A DNA stretch of 64,000 nt, from contig OX597828.1 in NCBI GenBank assembly GCA_951406725.2, positions 64,294,001 to 64,358,000 of the forward strand. The letters run 5' to 3'. The position numbers were made by a program, and so were the translations under genes. Each line of letters begins with the position of its first letter. Positions within the stretch are counted from its first letter, which is position 1. This document shows positions 52,912 through 64,000 of the stretch, piece after piece. Source of the stretch: Octopus vulgaris. Taxonomy: Eukaryota. The notes below the pieces were generated by a model. That model had not been told where the DNA came from and made no database searches. It saw only the letters and a list, made by a program, of their open reading frames with translations.

Positions 52912-54239
52912 ATCACTCGCAATATATAGTGGTGGAGGTGATAGTGGTGGTGGAGGTGGAGGCACTTTCTTTTTGTTGCTTTATTGTTGGTGTTTGTGGT
53001 GTTAAGCCTCAGGTGAGTACTGACCGAGAAAACCCTACGAGCAAAGGCGTTCTTTCCATGACCATCGCTACCATCGAGAATAACTTTTCCAATATCTCTA
53101 ACACAGTGAGGCATTGCTTTGAGAATATGAGAGAATTTAGCTGAATTAGGATCGTGCTGTTGTAGTAGCAGTTGGTGGTGGTGGCAGTGGTGGCGGTGGT
53201 GGTATTGGTGGTGATGGTGGTGGTGGTGGTGGAGGTGACGGTGGTGGGGATGATGGTGATTGTGGTGGTGGTGGTGGTTTTGGCGTTCAGCCTCCGGCCT
53301 TTCCTGGTCCAGCAGTCCAATGATCAAAGACGTCTCAGCTTTGACGATCACTTGTTAGGTGAACAATTGCGGATGTAGTACTATTAATAGGAACTGTGCC
53401 AGTGGTATGATGCTAGTGGTGGTGGTGGTGGTGGTGGTGGTAGTAGTAGTATTGGTGGTGGTGGTGTTGTTGGTGGCGATGGCGGCTGTGGTGGTGGTGG
53501 GTGGTGTCGGTGTTGCAGACAGAGGTGTGGTGTTCGTTTTGTGAGGGGTTCAATTGAGCGGGAATCCGATGTCATCATATTTAAACCTTTTTGGTTTCTT
53601 TCTGTTTCACCAAACAACGCAGCCGCCTCTCTTCACCTCCTCTTTTCCTCGTCCTTCAACTGCACCCATCTCACCAACACTACCCCTCCTTCCGTGACCA
53701 CCTCTACTCTAATTATCACCATCACCACCTACACCCCACCCCCACCACTACAACCAACACTATTTTGCCTCTGCTTCATCTCGTCTTTTGCACCGATTCT
53801 TCCACCAACAAACGCCCCCGCCATCCACGGTTTGTCTACGCCACCGACATCGTCGCCAAACAACCACAGTCTTTGACACGCCGACCACGCCCGTCACCGC
53901 CCGTCGCCGCCCGTCGCCGCCCGTCACCGCCCGTTACTCTACCGACTTTTAGATGTCTTGTTAATAGACGGCTTCAGTTATCGTCGTCTTCGGCATTGGA
54001 GACGAGTTGAGGGAAGTGATTTAAGAAATGCTTTACATCACCTCTACGACAACAGCATCCTCCCTCCTCCTCCTACATCATCATCATTACCACCACCACC
54101 ACCACCAATGACAAGAACTATTGCTGCTGCTGCTACTACTACTACTACTACTACTACTACAGCGATGAATAGAGTTGTAAAAGACAACAGAAGCTGAAAA
54201 TCAAGATTCCCTGATACCTTGTAATAATAATAATAATAA

Positions 54240-54428
54240 TGGTTTCAAATTTTGTCACTAAGGTAGCAATTTGAGGGAAGGGACTAGTCGATACAATCGA
54301 CTCCAGTGCGTAACTGGTACTTATTTCATTGATCGTGAAAAGATGAAAAGCAAAGTCTACCTCGGCGGAATTTGAACTCCGAACTCGAAATGCCCGGCGT
54401 GCTAACGATTCTGCCAGCTCGCCACCTA
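54240..54428 (-). mobile_element. SINE family B
   Basis: ccagtgcgtaactggtactt...ctcggcggaatttgaactc...gccagctcgccacc. Confidence 0.8.
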
Positions 54429-54472
54429 TAAAATGATGGTGATGATAATAATAATAATAATAATAATAATAA

Positions 54473-55847
54473 TAGAGAGGCAAAATCAAATGTATGGACG
54501 GGCAAACAATGCCGTCGGGGAAGGTTATGAACGAAATAGAAGAGACGGGCTATAAGTACTTGGGGATGTGGAAATAGATCACGTGATGGAGAAAGAAATT
54601 ACAGAAAAATTTAAGGTGGAGCAGTTGCGCAGACAGACTGATCCTTAAGCCTAAGTTAAACGGACGGAATAAGATTAGGGCTATCAACTCCTGGGCAGTT
54701 TCACTCCTTAGATATGGAGCAGGGATAATCGCATGGATAGTAGACGAACTAAACAGCTTAGACAGAAAGACAAGGAAGTTACTGACTAAATATGGGATAT
54801 CCCATCCAAAAAGTGACACAGACAGACTGTATGTACCAAGAAAAAGAGGATAAAGACTACTGATTGGATGCGAACACAGCATTAAAGCAGAAGAAAACAA
54901 CATAGCATGGTATGTAAAAAATGCCACAGAACCACTGTTATTGGAAGTAAGAAGGTCAGGTTTGTGTAGGATGGAAGATTGCAAAGATAAAGCAATGTAC
55001 AAGCACTTGTGAATGAATGAAACTGGAAATAGGTAGATAAAGAAAAGAATGCATGGACGATTTCATAGGGATGCTGAAGATAAGATAGACGGGGAAAAAA
55101 GATGGCTGTGTATGACTACAAGTGATTTAAAACCGAAACGGAGGCTCTAATCTGTGCTGCCGAAGAGCAAGCAATAAGAACAAATTATATGAAATACAGA
55201 ATAGACAACACACCAGAAAGTGTTATGTGCAGAATTTGGGGACAAAATGGTGAAACCGTATGCCACGTTACTAGTCAATGTACGCCACTAGTCCGGAAAG
55301 AACATAAGAGACGTCATGACAAAATAGCAAGGATTGTTCATTGGAACTTTGCAACAAGTATGGACTTGACAGAGCAAATAAGTGGTACGAACATAAACCC
55401 GAATGCATCATCGAAAATGATAATGATCCTATGGGATTTTATGATTCAGTGCGACCATGAGATAGAGAATAGGAAACCAGCCATAGTGTTAATTGAGAAA
55501 GAAAGCAAACGATGTTGGATCATAGATATAGCATGCCAAGTTAACAACAAGGTATGCGATAAGGAAGGAAGAAAGAAAAGTCACGAGATATAATAGGCTA
55601 GCTTGGGAGGTGAAGCAGTTGCGGTCGTTAAAAAAAGTTGTGGTAATACCAATAATTGTCGGAGCCCTGGGAGCAGTGAGTAAAAATCTCGAGAAGTACG
55701 TTGAACAAATAGGGGTTGCAATAAGTGTGGAGCACTTGCAGAAACAGCACTGTTTGGAACTGCTCTAATACTCCGGATGGTGCTCGAAAAATAGTGAACA
55801 GCTGACACCGTAGTACATCTCCAGGCTAGAGCTGTGCAAAGGCGATA

Positions 55848-55850
<3 letters not shown>
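54473..55850 (+). mobile_element. R4/Dong-like RLE LINE, 5'-truncated, flanked by (TAA)n on both sides
   Basis: GYKYLG; KLNGRNKIRAINSWAVSLLRYG; HPKSDTDRLYVPRK; CRIWGQNGETVCHVTSQC; RRHD; ILWDF...WIIDIAC; IPIIVGALG. Confidence 0.9.
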
Positions 55851-55907
<57 letters not shown>

Positions 55908-56304
55908 TAATAATAATCTTAAGAAAAGGCTAGCAATAGGGGTTAAGAAGTAATCAATAGCATTGACCCCCCAGCATTTGCTATGTGCTTTATTTTATCG
56001 ATTCCGAAGGGACTAAAGGCGGAATTTGAATCCGGAATGTAAAGCGTCGGAACAAATACTACAGAACATTCCCCCGAACCCTCGCCCACCCTTATGAAGT
56101 AAAGTGTTCCTAAGTTAGGGAAAAGGCCAACAGGTTTGAGCAGGAGAACAGCCACTTACATCGAACTTAGTATTTCTCTGCTACTTTATTTTATCCTATC
56201 AGTTATTGAAAGGGTAAGAGATGGGGGTGTTCATTCCCTTCCCAGCCCCATTCTTCTTTCACTTAACATACACTAAACAGCCTAGTGGAAGAAGTTCCAT
56301 TCGT

Positions 56305-56430
56305 AGCTATTTGGTCTCGGGTTCAGTCCCACGTCGTGACACTGAGCAAGTATCTTCTACCATAGCATCTGGCTGATAAATGCCTGTAAGTGAAATTGAT
56401 GGACAAAAATAATGGAAGCCCGCCGTATGT
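56305..56430 (+). mobile_element. SINE family A fragment
   Basis: gggttcagtcccacgtcgtgacactgagcaagtatcttctaccatagc. Confidence 0.65.
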
Positions 56431-56599
56431 GTGTACCTCTTTCTCTCTCTCTCTCCTTCTCTCTCTCTCTCTCTCTCCATATATATATATAATATATCGC
56501 AATGTAAGTTCAAATCATTTGAGCGCTACTGAGTGTTTTCTACATTGAGATTCCCTCGATCTCACCTGTTGATTCCATACCGTTTCCTCGGCCACGCGC

Positions 56600-56870
56600 T
56601 ACCTATATAGAATTCTTGGGCACATCCAAGGGTCTCTGCATGGAACTCTTATTACAGAAAACAAACGACTTCATTACTCGAACGAGGAGGAGGCCTCTCT
56701 TCTATCACCTCAACTTGAATTCTTCTAAGGATAAGGACTCCACAGATAAGGATTCCACAGATAAGGACTCTTTCAATGTAAAATCTCACAAAAATCCACC
56801 CCTAACCCTGCGTTGGCTTTGCAAAGGACCTGTTATGAATAATAATTTCCCTGCGTAATCATCTGATATG
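56600..56870 (+). pseudogene. Probable N-terminal remnant of a Penelope-like element ORF
   Basis: LLLQKTNDFITRTRRRPLFY...KDSFNVKSHKNPP resembles the LI.K.E.FI.RMRWKA.F...ETFGFKS.K.PP pre-RT segment of some PLEs (recalled pattern, not searched). Confidence 0.45.
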
Positions 56871-57868
56871 TTAGACTCTTATCAATCCACCTTGATGAAG
56901 GAGGCTTTGGAGTTTACCAATGTTTGTTTGCTTCGACTACCAGCTGCAAGTTTTTGATCAAGTACACAAGATGGCCTGTAAACGACGTCTCACAACCACA
57001 GTTTGTAGAGGGTACCTGCGTGCATGTTGCGATGTATCCCTATAGGGGATTTAATGCCGAGCAAAAAAGACGTCGACGCCCATCATCGTAGTTAATACAT
57101 CAGCGAATGTGGCTGCCAGGAACATAACCACTCAAATCGTAGTTGTTGTTGTTATTGCTATTGTTTAACCCCGGGTCGCCGAGGATCAAATAAGTTTATG
57201 ATCAAATATGTTCCAGCTACGACCTTACTGTCATTTTAGGGGAGTCTAGTAGGGATGGTAAGGAGTTAATAATGTCAAGGTGGAGAAATCAGGTGAAAAA
57301 AAGACACTTGTGGCAAGGTTATGGATCGGCTGTGTTCCCTCTTTGGATAAAGACCATTGGTCAGCTGGGTAAAGACTAGTCTGAAACTAAACAGTAACTA
57401 CAACCATATAAACGTGCTTACATATATAAGATGATAAAATTGGATTTGAGGGTATTTCGCAGCTGTTTCTAGCAGATCATCTGACCGCATAGATGATTCC
57501 TTACTGTTACGGTGATCGACAGAGTGAAGGGCTTCATATCAGTGAGGGGAGGCGGTGCGCAATGATGCCATCGAGATGTAGGCCCCGAAACGGCGCGCAT
57601 TCTCTCCTGATGACCCCATACACTTGCTGGCTTCCAGTATATGGAGCTTTCGACTGGTAGCACTTGCATGTGCAAATTGTTTGCAAAAAACATACAAGTA
57701 TCCATGAATGGACCAACATCCATACCGCCTGCAAGAAGATAAGCTGGGAACTTTATTCTCCTGTCCGTATTCTTCGATCTGCTGTTTTACTCATTATCCT
57801 TCTATCAACTATTTTATTCCTTTATAAATTGTGAATTTCCTATCAAGAACTTTCATACATAACTATCT

Positions 57869-57946
57869 TGTCTCTGATGACGAAATACCCAGTGTATGGA
57901 GATGCTAACCAATCACTTGGGATATCCTAGAAACAGCTGTAAGACA
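57869..57946 (+). ncRNA. Type I hammerhead ribozyme, canonical core, long partly decayed stem II
   Basis: tgtct-CTGATGA-cgaaatacccagtg...cacttgggatatccta-GAAAC-agct-GTA-agaca; palindromic stem III ACAGCTGT. Confidence 0.7.
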
Positions 57947-59240
57947 TCCAATAATTAATTAACTAATTAATCATTTACTTCAAATGCACCTTTACCCTAA
58001 GTAAATGATTCTATATGATTTGAGATACTCGTCCTGCCTTGGTTTTTGTTGTTCTTTTCCCTTATATATATATGTATGTATGCTTTTATACATCTCTCTC
58101 GTTCATTATCTCTCTCTCCCTCTCTCCCCCTCTCTCTCTATATATATATAAACATACATACATACATACATACGCATACATCTGTAATTTGTATAACTCT
58201 GTGTGCGTGTATATATATGTCTGTCTATGTATTTATATTTACACATACGTATGTTTATATTATAAATATACATACATACGCACTCATACGTATGAGTGTG
58301 TATGTATGTGTACATGTATGTATGTACGTATATATGTATGCGTGTATATGTATGTATATATGTATGTATGTGTGTGTGTGTGCATGCATATAAACGCTGA
58401 ATGGACGACATGCTGAGCCGCCATGTTGATTGTCGAGGTTTTACATTGAAGATTGTGTTGTATTATTTTATATTATTCAAAATATTGGCCCCCACTGAAA
58501 TATTGTCCCCTAAATATGTTGGCTCCCTTAAAATGTTGTCTGACAATGAAACAAGAAAGTGTCAAAAATATTTATACAAATCACCCTGTCAAATTCTACA
58601 GACACGATTATACGATTACACAATTGCAGTGACAAGAAATTAACTTCCATCTTTTAAAAATAAAACAAAATATAAGGAAGAAGGGGCAAATAACCATGCT
58701 GGTGATATAACAACACTGTAACCCGCATTTGACAGATTGAAGAAACAAACCAAAGCAAAACAAAAATACAAATCAAATAATAAAAAAGTTAGCTTGACTT
58801 TGTTACTGCCATTTTGTTTCCTGCTTTCTTTGTCATTTTTTTTTGTGTAGTTTTGTGGATTTCTTTCTACTTTTTAATTTTCTTCCTTTTTTTTTTTCGT
58901 AGATTTTCTTCGTTTTTTTTTTTTGTGGTGGGGATCATTGTGAATGTAGCATAACGAAAAGAAGAAAAAACAATAAAGTTATAAAACAAATAAATTTAAA
59001 AAAATACAGAACTGGATCAAATACCATGAGGCATTGCTTCTAAAACTCTTACGATTCAAACAATTTAACGCCTTCTTCTTCTTCTTCTTCTTCTTCTTCT
59101 TCTTCTTCTTCTTCTTCTTCTTCTTCTTCTTCTTCTTCTTCTTCTTCTTCTTCATCATCATCTTCATCTTCTTCTTCTTCTTCTTCTTCCTCGTCCTCCT
59201 CTTCTTCTTCTTCTTCTTCTTCTTCTTCTTCTTCTTCTTC

Positions 59241-59295
<55 letters not shown>

Positions 59296-59319
59296 TTATA
59301 ACAACAGTAATAATAATGC

Positions 59320-59435
59320 CTTCAAATTTTGACACAAGGCCAACAATTTCGGTGGAGGGATAAGTCGATCACTCGACCTCAGTACGCAACTGGTATATAT
59401 TTTATCGACCCCAGAAAGGATGAAAGGCAAAGTTG
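59320..59435 (-). mobile_element. SINE family B 3' fragment
   Basis: tttatcgaccccagaaaggatgaaaggcaaagt. Confidence 0.7.
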
Positions 59436-59793
59436 TCTTATATACATATACACCTGCCTACCTACCTACCTACCTACCTACCTACCTACCTACCTACCTA
59501 CCTACCTACCTACCTACCTACCTACATACATATACATACATACATAGATGCATACATACATACTCACACCCACATACATATATGTGTGTGTGTATATATA
59601 TGTGTATGTGTATGTGTAGATAGTTGGAGATGCAAATATCCATCTACTTATTTCTCTCTCCCTCTCTTCCCTCAGTCCCTCCTCTCTCTCTCTCTCTCTC
59701 TTTATATATATGTATATGTGTATATGTATGTATATGTGTGTATGTGTGTGTATATATATATATATGTATATGTGTATATATATATCTATATCA

Positions 59794-59926
<133 letters not shown>

Positions 59927-60674
59927 CATACATATGTATCCACAAACACGATCATTCAGGCATCTGCACGCGCACACACTTACACAAAGACAATTGTCGA
60001 AATGAAGCTGAGACTTAAACAGATGGAAAGGAAGTCCACAAGTGAATAGACTGAACGGGTTTAAATGACCGTAGAGGACTTTCGGGCGCCATACATAGAG
60101 ACGGGATCTCACTTCACCCACACCCACCGCCTCCTTCCCTATACAAGTATCCATGCCGTTCGACCCCACTCCATATCCGGCCACTCTGTTTTATTCCCTA
60201 CGTGGTCACATATATTCCTAGAAATGACTCTCATTGCAAAAAAAAGTGATAGAAGGACACTTTCGACACTTTATTTTTGGATTCAAGATTTATTCTCTTT
60301 GTTTGCTTATTTAGTTCTCACAGCAATTGGACATCGCCGCAACTAACTGTTGTTGAGCACTTTTGTTGAGTGCGCCGACTAAATATATTTAGTGTCATGT
60401 GTATCAAGTTACCTGTCTTTGTGTTTGCTCTTATCCTGCTTGACAGACAAGCCAGTGATGGTTTGTTTATATCCCCGTGGCAAAGAACGTATAGAATAAG
60501 CACTCGACTCGGGAAAAATAAGTAGGGGCTCGATTGGTCTGACTATCCATACAAAGCGATGCTCCATCATGGCCACAGTCTCAATGACTAAAACAATCGA
60601 ATAAAAGATATATACATATATATTTAAACGTGGGTGTGCGTGTATATATATATGCGTATATATATATATATATA

Positions 60675-62277
60675 TAGTTGCGGCCAAAATGTTCAGAACG
60701 GCATTGTTTTCGTCAGAAAAGTAGATATAAGTTTTTATCAAAGTTGTTTTATATTCTATAATTTTCACAGACAATAAATACGATATTATTTGTTATTGTC
60801 TGAGATTTTGGTGTAATGTGAGAGGATAATACAAAAGTTATGGATGATTTAGTGATTTACTGCAAAACCCATGGCGGCCAAAATGATCAGAACGGTTGCT
60901 TTTACTCCGTGTTTTAGTATATTTAACCGGCGAACTCCAATGTTTTGAATTTGTTTACGTGACGGTTCGTTTACTAAACATTAGTAAGAATATCTGCAGT
61001 GTACTTTGTTAATATAATGCCACTTACTCCGTTACCAATTCGTCAGCAGATTAAGCTTCGAAAGAAGGATAATTTAAGTATTGGGTCTATTGCAAAGATT
61101 GTTAACAAGTCAAAAAGTGTTGTTCACGGTATTCTTAAGGTCTACAATGATTGTGGTTCGTGTGAAGCTAGAAAGTCTCCAGGTAGGCCAAGAAAAACGA
61201 CCAAGAGAGAAGATCGTGCTATGGTAAAGTTGGTTAAAAAGGACACAATTTAAAACTGCTGCTGCTGTTTCTCGGAAAATGAGCATTGTACTGAAGAAAA
61301 CTTTATCTCGAAAAACTGTGTCTCGTCGTTTAGTTGAACATGACCTACAAGCAAGAGCACATGCAGTGAAGCCACTGATCAGCTCCAAGAATAAAAAGTA
61401 TCGTCTTACCTTTGCAACCAAACATGTGTTGTGATCTCAAGAAAAATGGCAAACGATGCATTTCAGTGATGAATCTAAGTTTATGTTATTTGGCTCAGAT
61501 GGGAAAAGGTACGTTCGTAGAAAAGTAGGTGAAAAATTGTCGCCTAAATGCCTTAAGGCTAGTGTTAAATTCGGTAGAAGTGTCATGGAGATGGTGTGGG
61601 CCCTTGGGTGCGATTACATGGAAAGGTAAATGCGGGAGTTTATAAACAACTTGTAAAAGATCATGTCTCGCCTGTGCTGAGAAATTCAACCAAGCGACCA
61701 CTCATATTCATGCAGGACAATGCCCCATGTCACAAGGCTAAGGTGGTCATGAACTTCCTCAAGGCTGAAAAGGTTATTGTTATGGATTGGCCAGCTCAAA
61801 GCCCAGATCTCAATCCTATTGAAAATGTGCTGAATATTCTAGGAGAACGTTCGAAAGCCAGAAATCCTAAAACAACCGATCAATTATGGGATGCTCTTCA
61901 GGAAGAATTGAATAAGATCACCCAGCAAGAAATTGAAAATTTAATTTCCTCATGCAGTCGAAGATGTCAAAGTGTGATTGAAGCTAAACGGCTTCACACT
62001 AAATATTAAATAATTCCAGCATTCTGTCATTTTTGATTATTTTGTTATTTTTTCAACCGTTCTGATCATTTTGGCCGCTATGGGTTTTGCAGTAAAACAC
62101 TAAATCATCCATAACTTTTGTATTATACTCTCAAATTACACCGAAATCTCAGACAATAACAATTAATATTGCATTTATTCTCTGTGAAAATTATAGAATA
62201 TAAAACAACTTTGATAAAAACTTATATCTACTTTTCTGACGAAAACAATGCCGTTCTGAACATTTTGGCCGCAACTG
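60675..62277 (+). mobile_element. Full-length Tc1 (DD34E) transposon of IR-DR type
   Basis: ~220-bp TIRs, each with two copies of gcggccaaaatg(t/a)tcagaacgg; TA flanks. Confidence 0.95.
61017..62009 (+). pseudogene. Tc1 transposase, frameshifted and with internal stop
   Basis: HTH and SPGRPRKT, FSDESKF, FMQDNAPCH, WPAQSPDLNPIEN; split over several frames with TGA at ~61432. Confidence 0.9.
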
Positions 62278-62316
62278 TATAATATATATATGTATATATA
62301 TATATGTTTATTTATT

Positions 62317-62373
<57 letters not shown>

Positions 62374-62374
62374 A

Positions 62375-63613
62375 CATGAGTTGGACAAAATCATGGAAAC
62401 ACCTTAAAATTTCAAACAAATTTGTTTTAATATAGGGTAGGACCGCCTTTGGTAGTAATTACAGCTTGAATTCTTTGAGGTATGGACTCGTACAAACTTT
62501 GAATTATTCCCAAAGGAATTTTTGTCCATTCTTCAGCTAAAACAGTCTCCAGTTCTTGTAGTGATGATGGTGGAGGATATCGACTCCTTACTTGTTTTTC
62601 TAAAATGCACCATAAATGTTCAATAATATTGAGATCTGGGGACTGTGTTAGCCAGATAAGATGTTCAACTTCATTAGAATGTTCCGTCTTCCATTCAATA
62701 ACCATTTTAGCTGTGTGAATTGGTACATTATCATCCTGAAAGTTTACGCTTCTCTCCAGAAACAGTTCCGCAACCATAAGATGAATTTGATCAGATAAAA
62801 TGCTTAAATAGTCTTGACTATTAATTCTGCCATGAAGGGAAACCATTGGGCTGGCGGATTTCCAAGATATAGCCCTCCAGATCATCACAGATCCTCCTCC
62901 ATGTTTAACAGTTGGAAGAAGGCAGTCTGGGTCAAATGCTACTTTTAGCTGTCTCCACACATATACTTGGCCGATGGTCGGAAATAAGGTAAAGTATAAC
63001 TCGTCCGAGAAAATAACATTCTTCCACTGTTCTAGGGACCATGCAACGTTTGCTTTTGAAAGTAGTGGTTTTCTGATTGCAGCCCTCCCGTGAAATTCGG
63101 CTTTGTGCAGATCCTGGCAAACAGCTTTTGTGGAAACTGGGTTCTTGAGGTGGTCATTAAGCTCTGCAGTAATTTTGGGAGATGTATTTTGCGATCCTTT
63201 CTAACAATTCGCGTAACAGTCTGATGGTCCCTATCTGAAAATTCTGGTTTTCTTCCGGGATTTTGTTTCGACAAGGAGGTTTTTCCCTCTTTCTCAAAGG
63301 CTGTCATTACATTCGAGACAGTACTTCTTGATACATTTAACATTTCGGCTGTTTTCGTTACGCTAGCACCTGCCATACGAGCATCAATAATTTGACCTCT
63401 TTGAAAGTCTGATAAATCTGTCATTTTAATGAATTTTAATTACCTTTTCCAGGTGATATCTGAAAAGAAACAGCAATTTTAGCAAAACATATTAAGCAAC
63501 ATTAATAATAAATCAAAAAACATAAAAATAAACAAGCTTTTGATAGTTTTATAGATATTTCAAAATTATGATGCTATGATGCTAGGTGTTTCCATTATTT
63601 TGTCCAACCCCGG
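62375..63613 (-). mobile_element. Second full-length Tc1 (DD34E) transposon with short TIRs
   Basis: 30-bp TIRs catgagttggacaaaatcatggaaacacct / aggtgtttccattattttgtccaaccccgg; TA flanks. Confidence 0.95.
62427..63424 (-). pseudogene. Tc1 transposase, frameshifted
   Basis: MTDLSDFQRGQIIDARMAGASVTKTA...; PTVKHGGGSVMIW; FQDDNVPIH; QSPDLNIIEHLW; GGPTLY*. Confidence 0.9.
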
Positions 63614-63620
63614 TATATAA

Positions 63621-63666
<46 letters not shown>

Positions 63667-63755
63667 CGTACATACATGTATACATTGTAAATGTATAAAC
63701 ATATATGTTTGTGTGTGCTTGTGTGTAAGTTGTGGAACTATGTGTGAGTGTGCGT

Positions 63756-63799
<44 letters not shown>

Positions 63800-63965
63800 A
63801 TGGTGTGTGGTATGAGAGAGGAGATGGACAATATTTCGAACCGGTTGACCCCGCGAGTGTGTGTTTTATCTTGTCTCCTCTCTCACTCATGCATGACCAC
63901 ACCATTACTTTACAGTCGCCTCATTTAACACTGTTCATTTACCTGAAATACACACACCGGTTCTA

Positions 63966-64000
<35 letters not shown>

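Noticed and set aside
52581-53351. 256-aa His-rich minus-strand ORF
   Set aside because: The His run comes from (CAC)n, the start is GTG with an in-frame stop just upstream, and the ORF runs into (CA)n; no recognisable domain.
56728-56770. 15-bp tandem repeat gataagga(c/t)tccaca as a CRISPR-like array
   Set aside because: It has three contiguous units with no spacers, in a eukaryotic context; a simple tandem duplication.

Overview
This is AT-rich, extremely microsatellite-dense eukaryotic DNA with no supportable host protein-coding gene. The repeat content resembles a coleoid cephalopod, probably Octopus (inference from SINE families and microsatellite load). Almost all ORF-track entries are translations of (TA)n, (CA)n, (TAA)n, (CTAT)n, (CATA)n or (GAA)n tracts. 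Real coding remnants are all transposable elements: two full-length but disrupted Tc1 (DD34E) elements at the right end, a maT/DD37D-like and a mariner remnant, several RLE-type (R4/Dong-like) LINE fragments in (TAA)n, a CR1-like fragment, and a Neptune-type Penelope GIY-YIG 3' end. There are about 25 tRNA-derived SINE copies from four families. The most notable unannotated signal is a set of at least 8-9 sequence-unrelated hammerhead-ribozyme-like motifs in short non-coding elements next to (TA)n tracts. They include natural core variants in which the 3-8 tertiary pair co-varies (C-G, U-A, G-C). Also notable are TTAGGG-bearing GGATC-TIR MITEs with 8-bp TSDs and many fold-back duplications. 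Boundaries were read by eye and most are approximate; no ribozyme activity can be shown from sequence alone.
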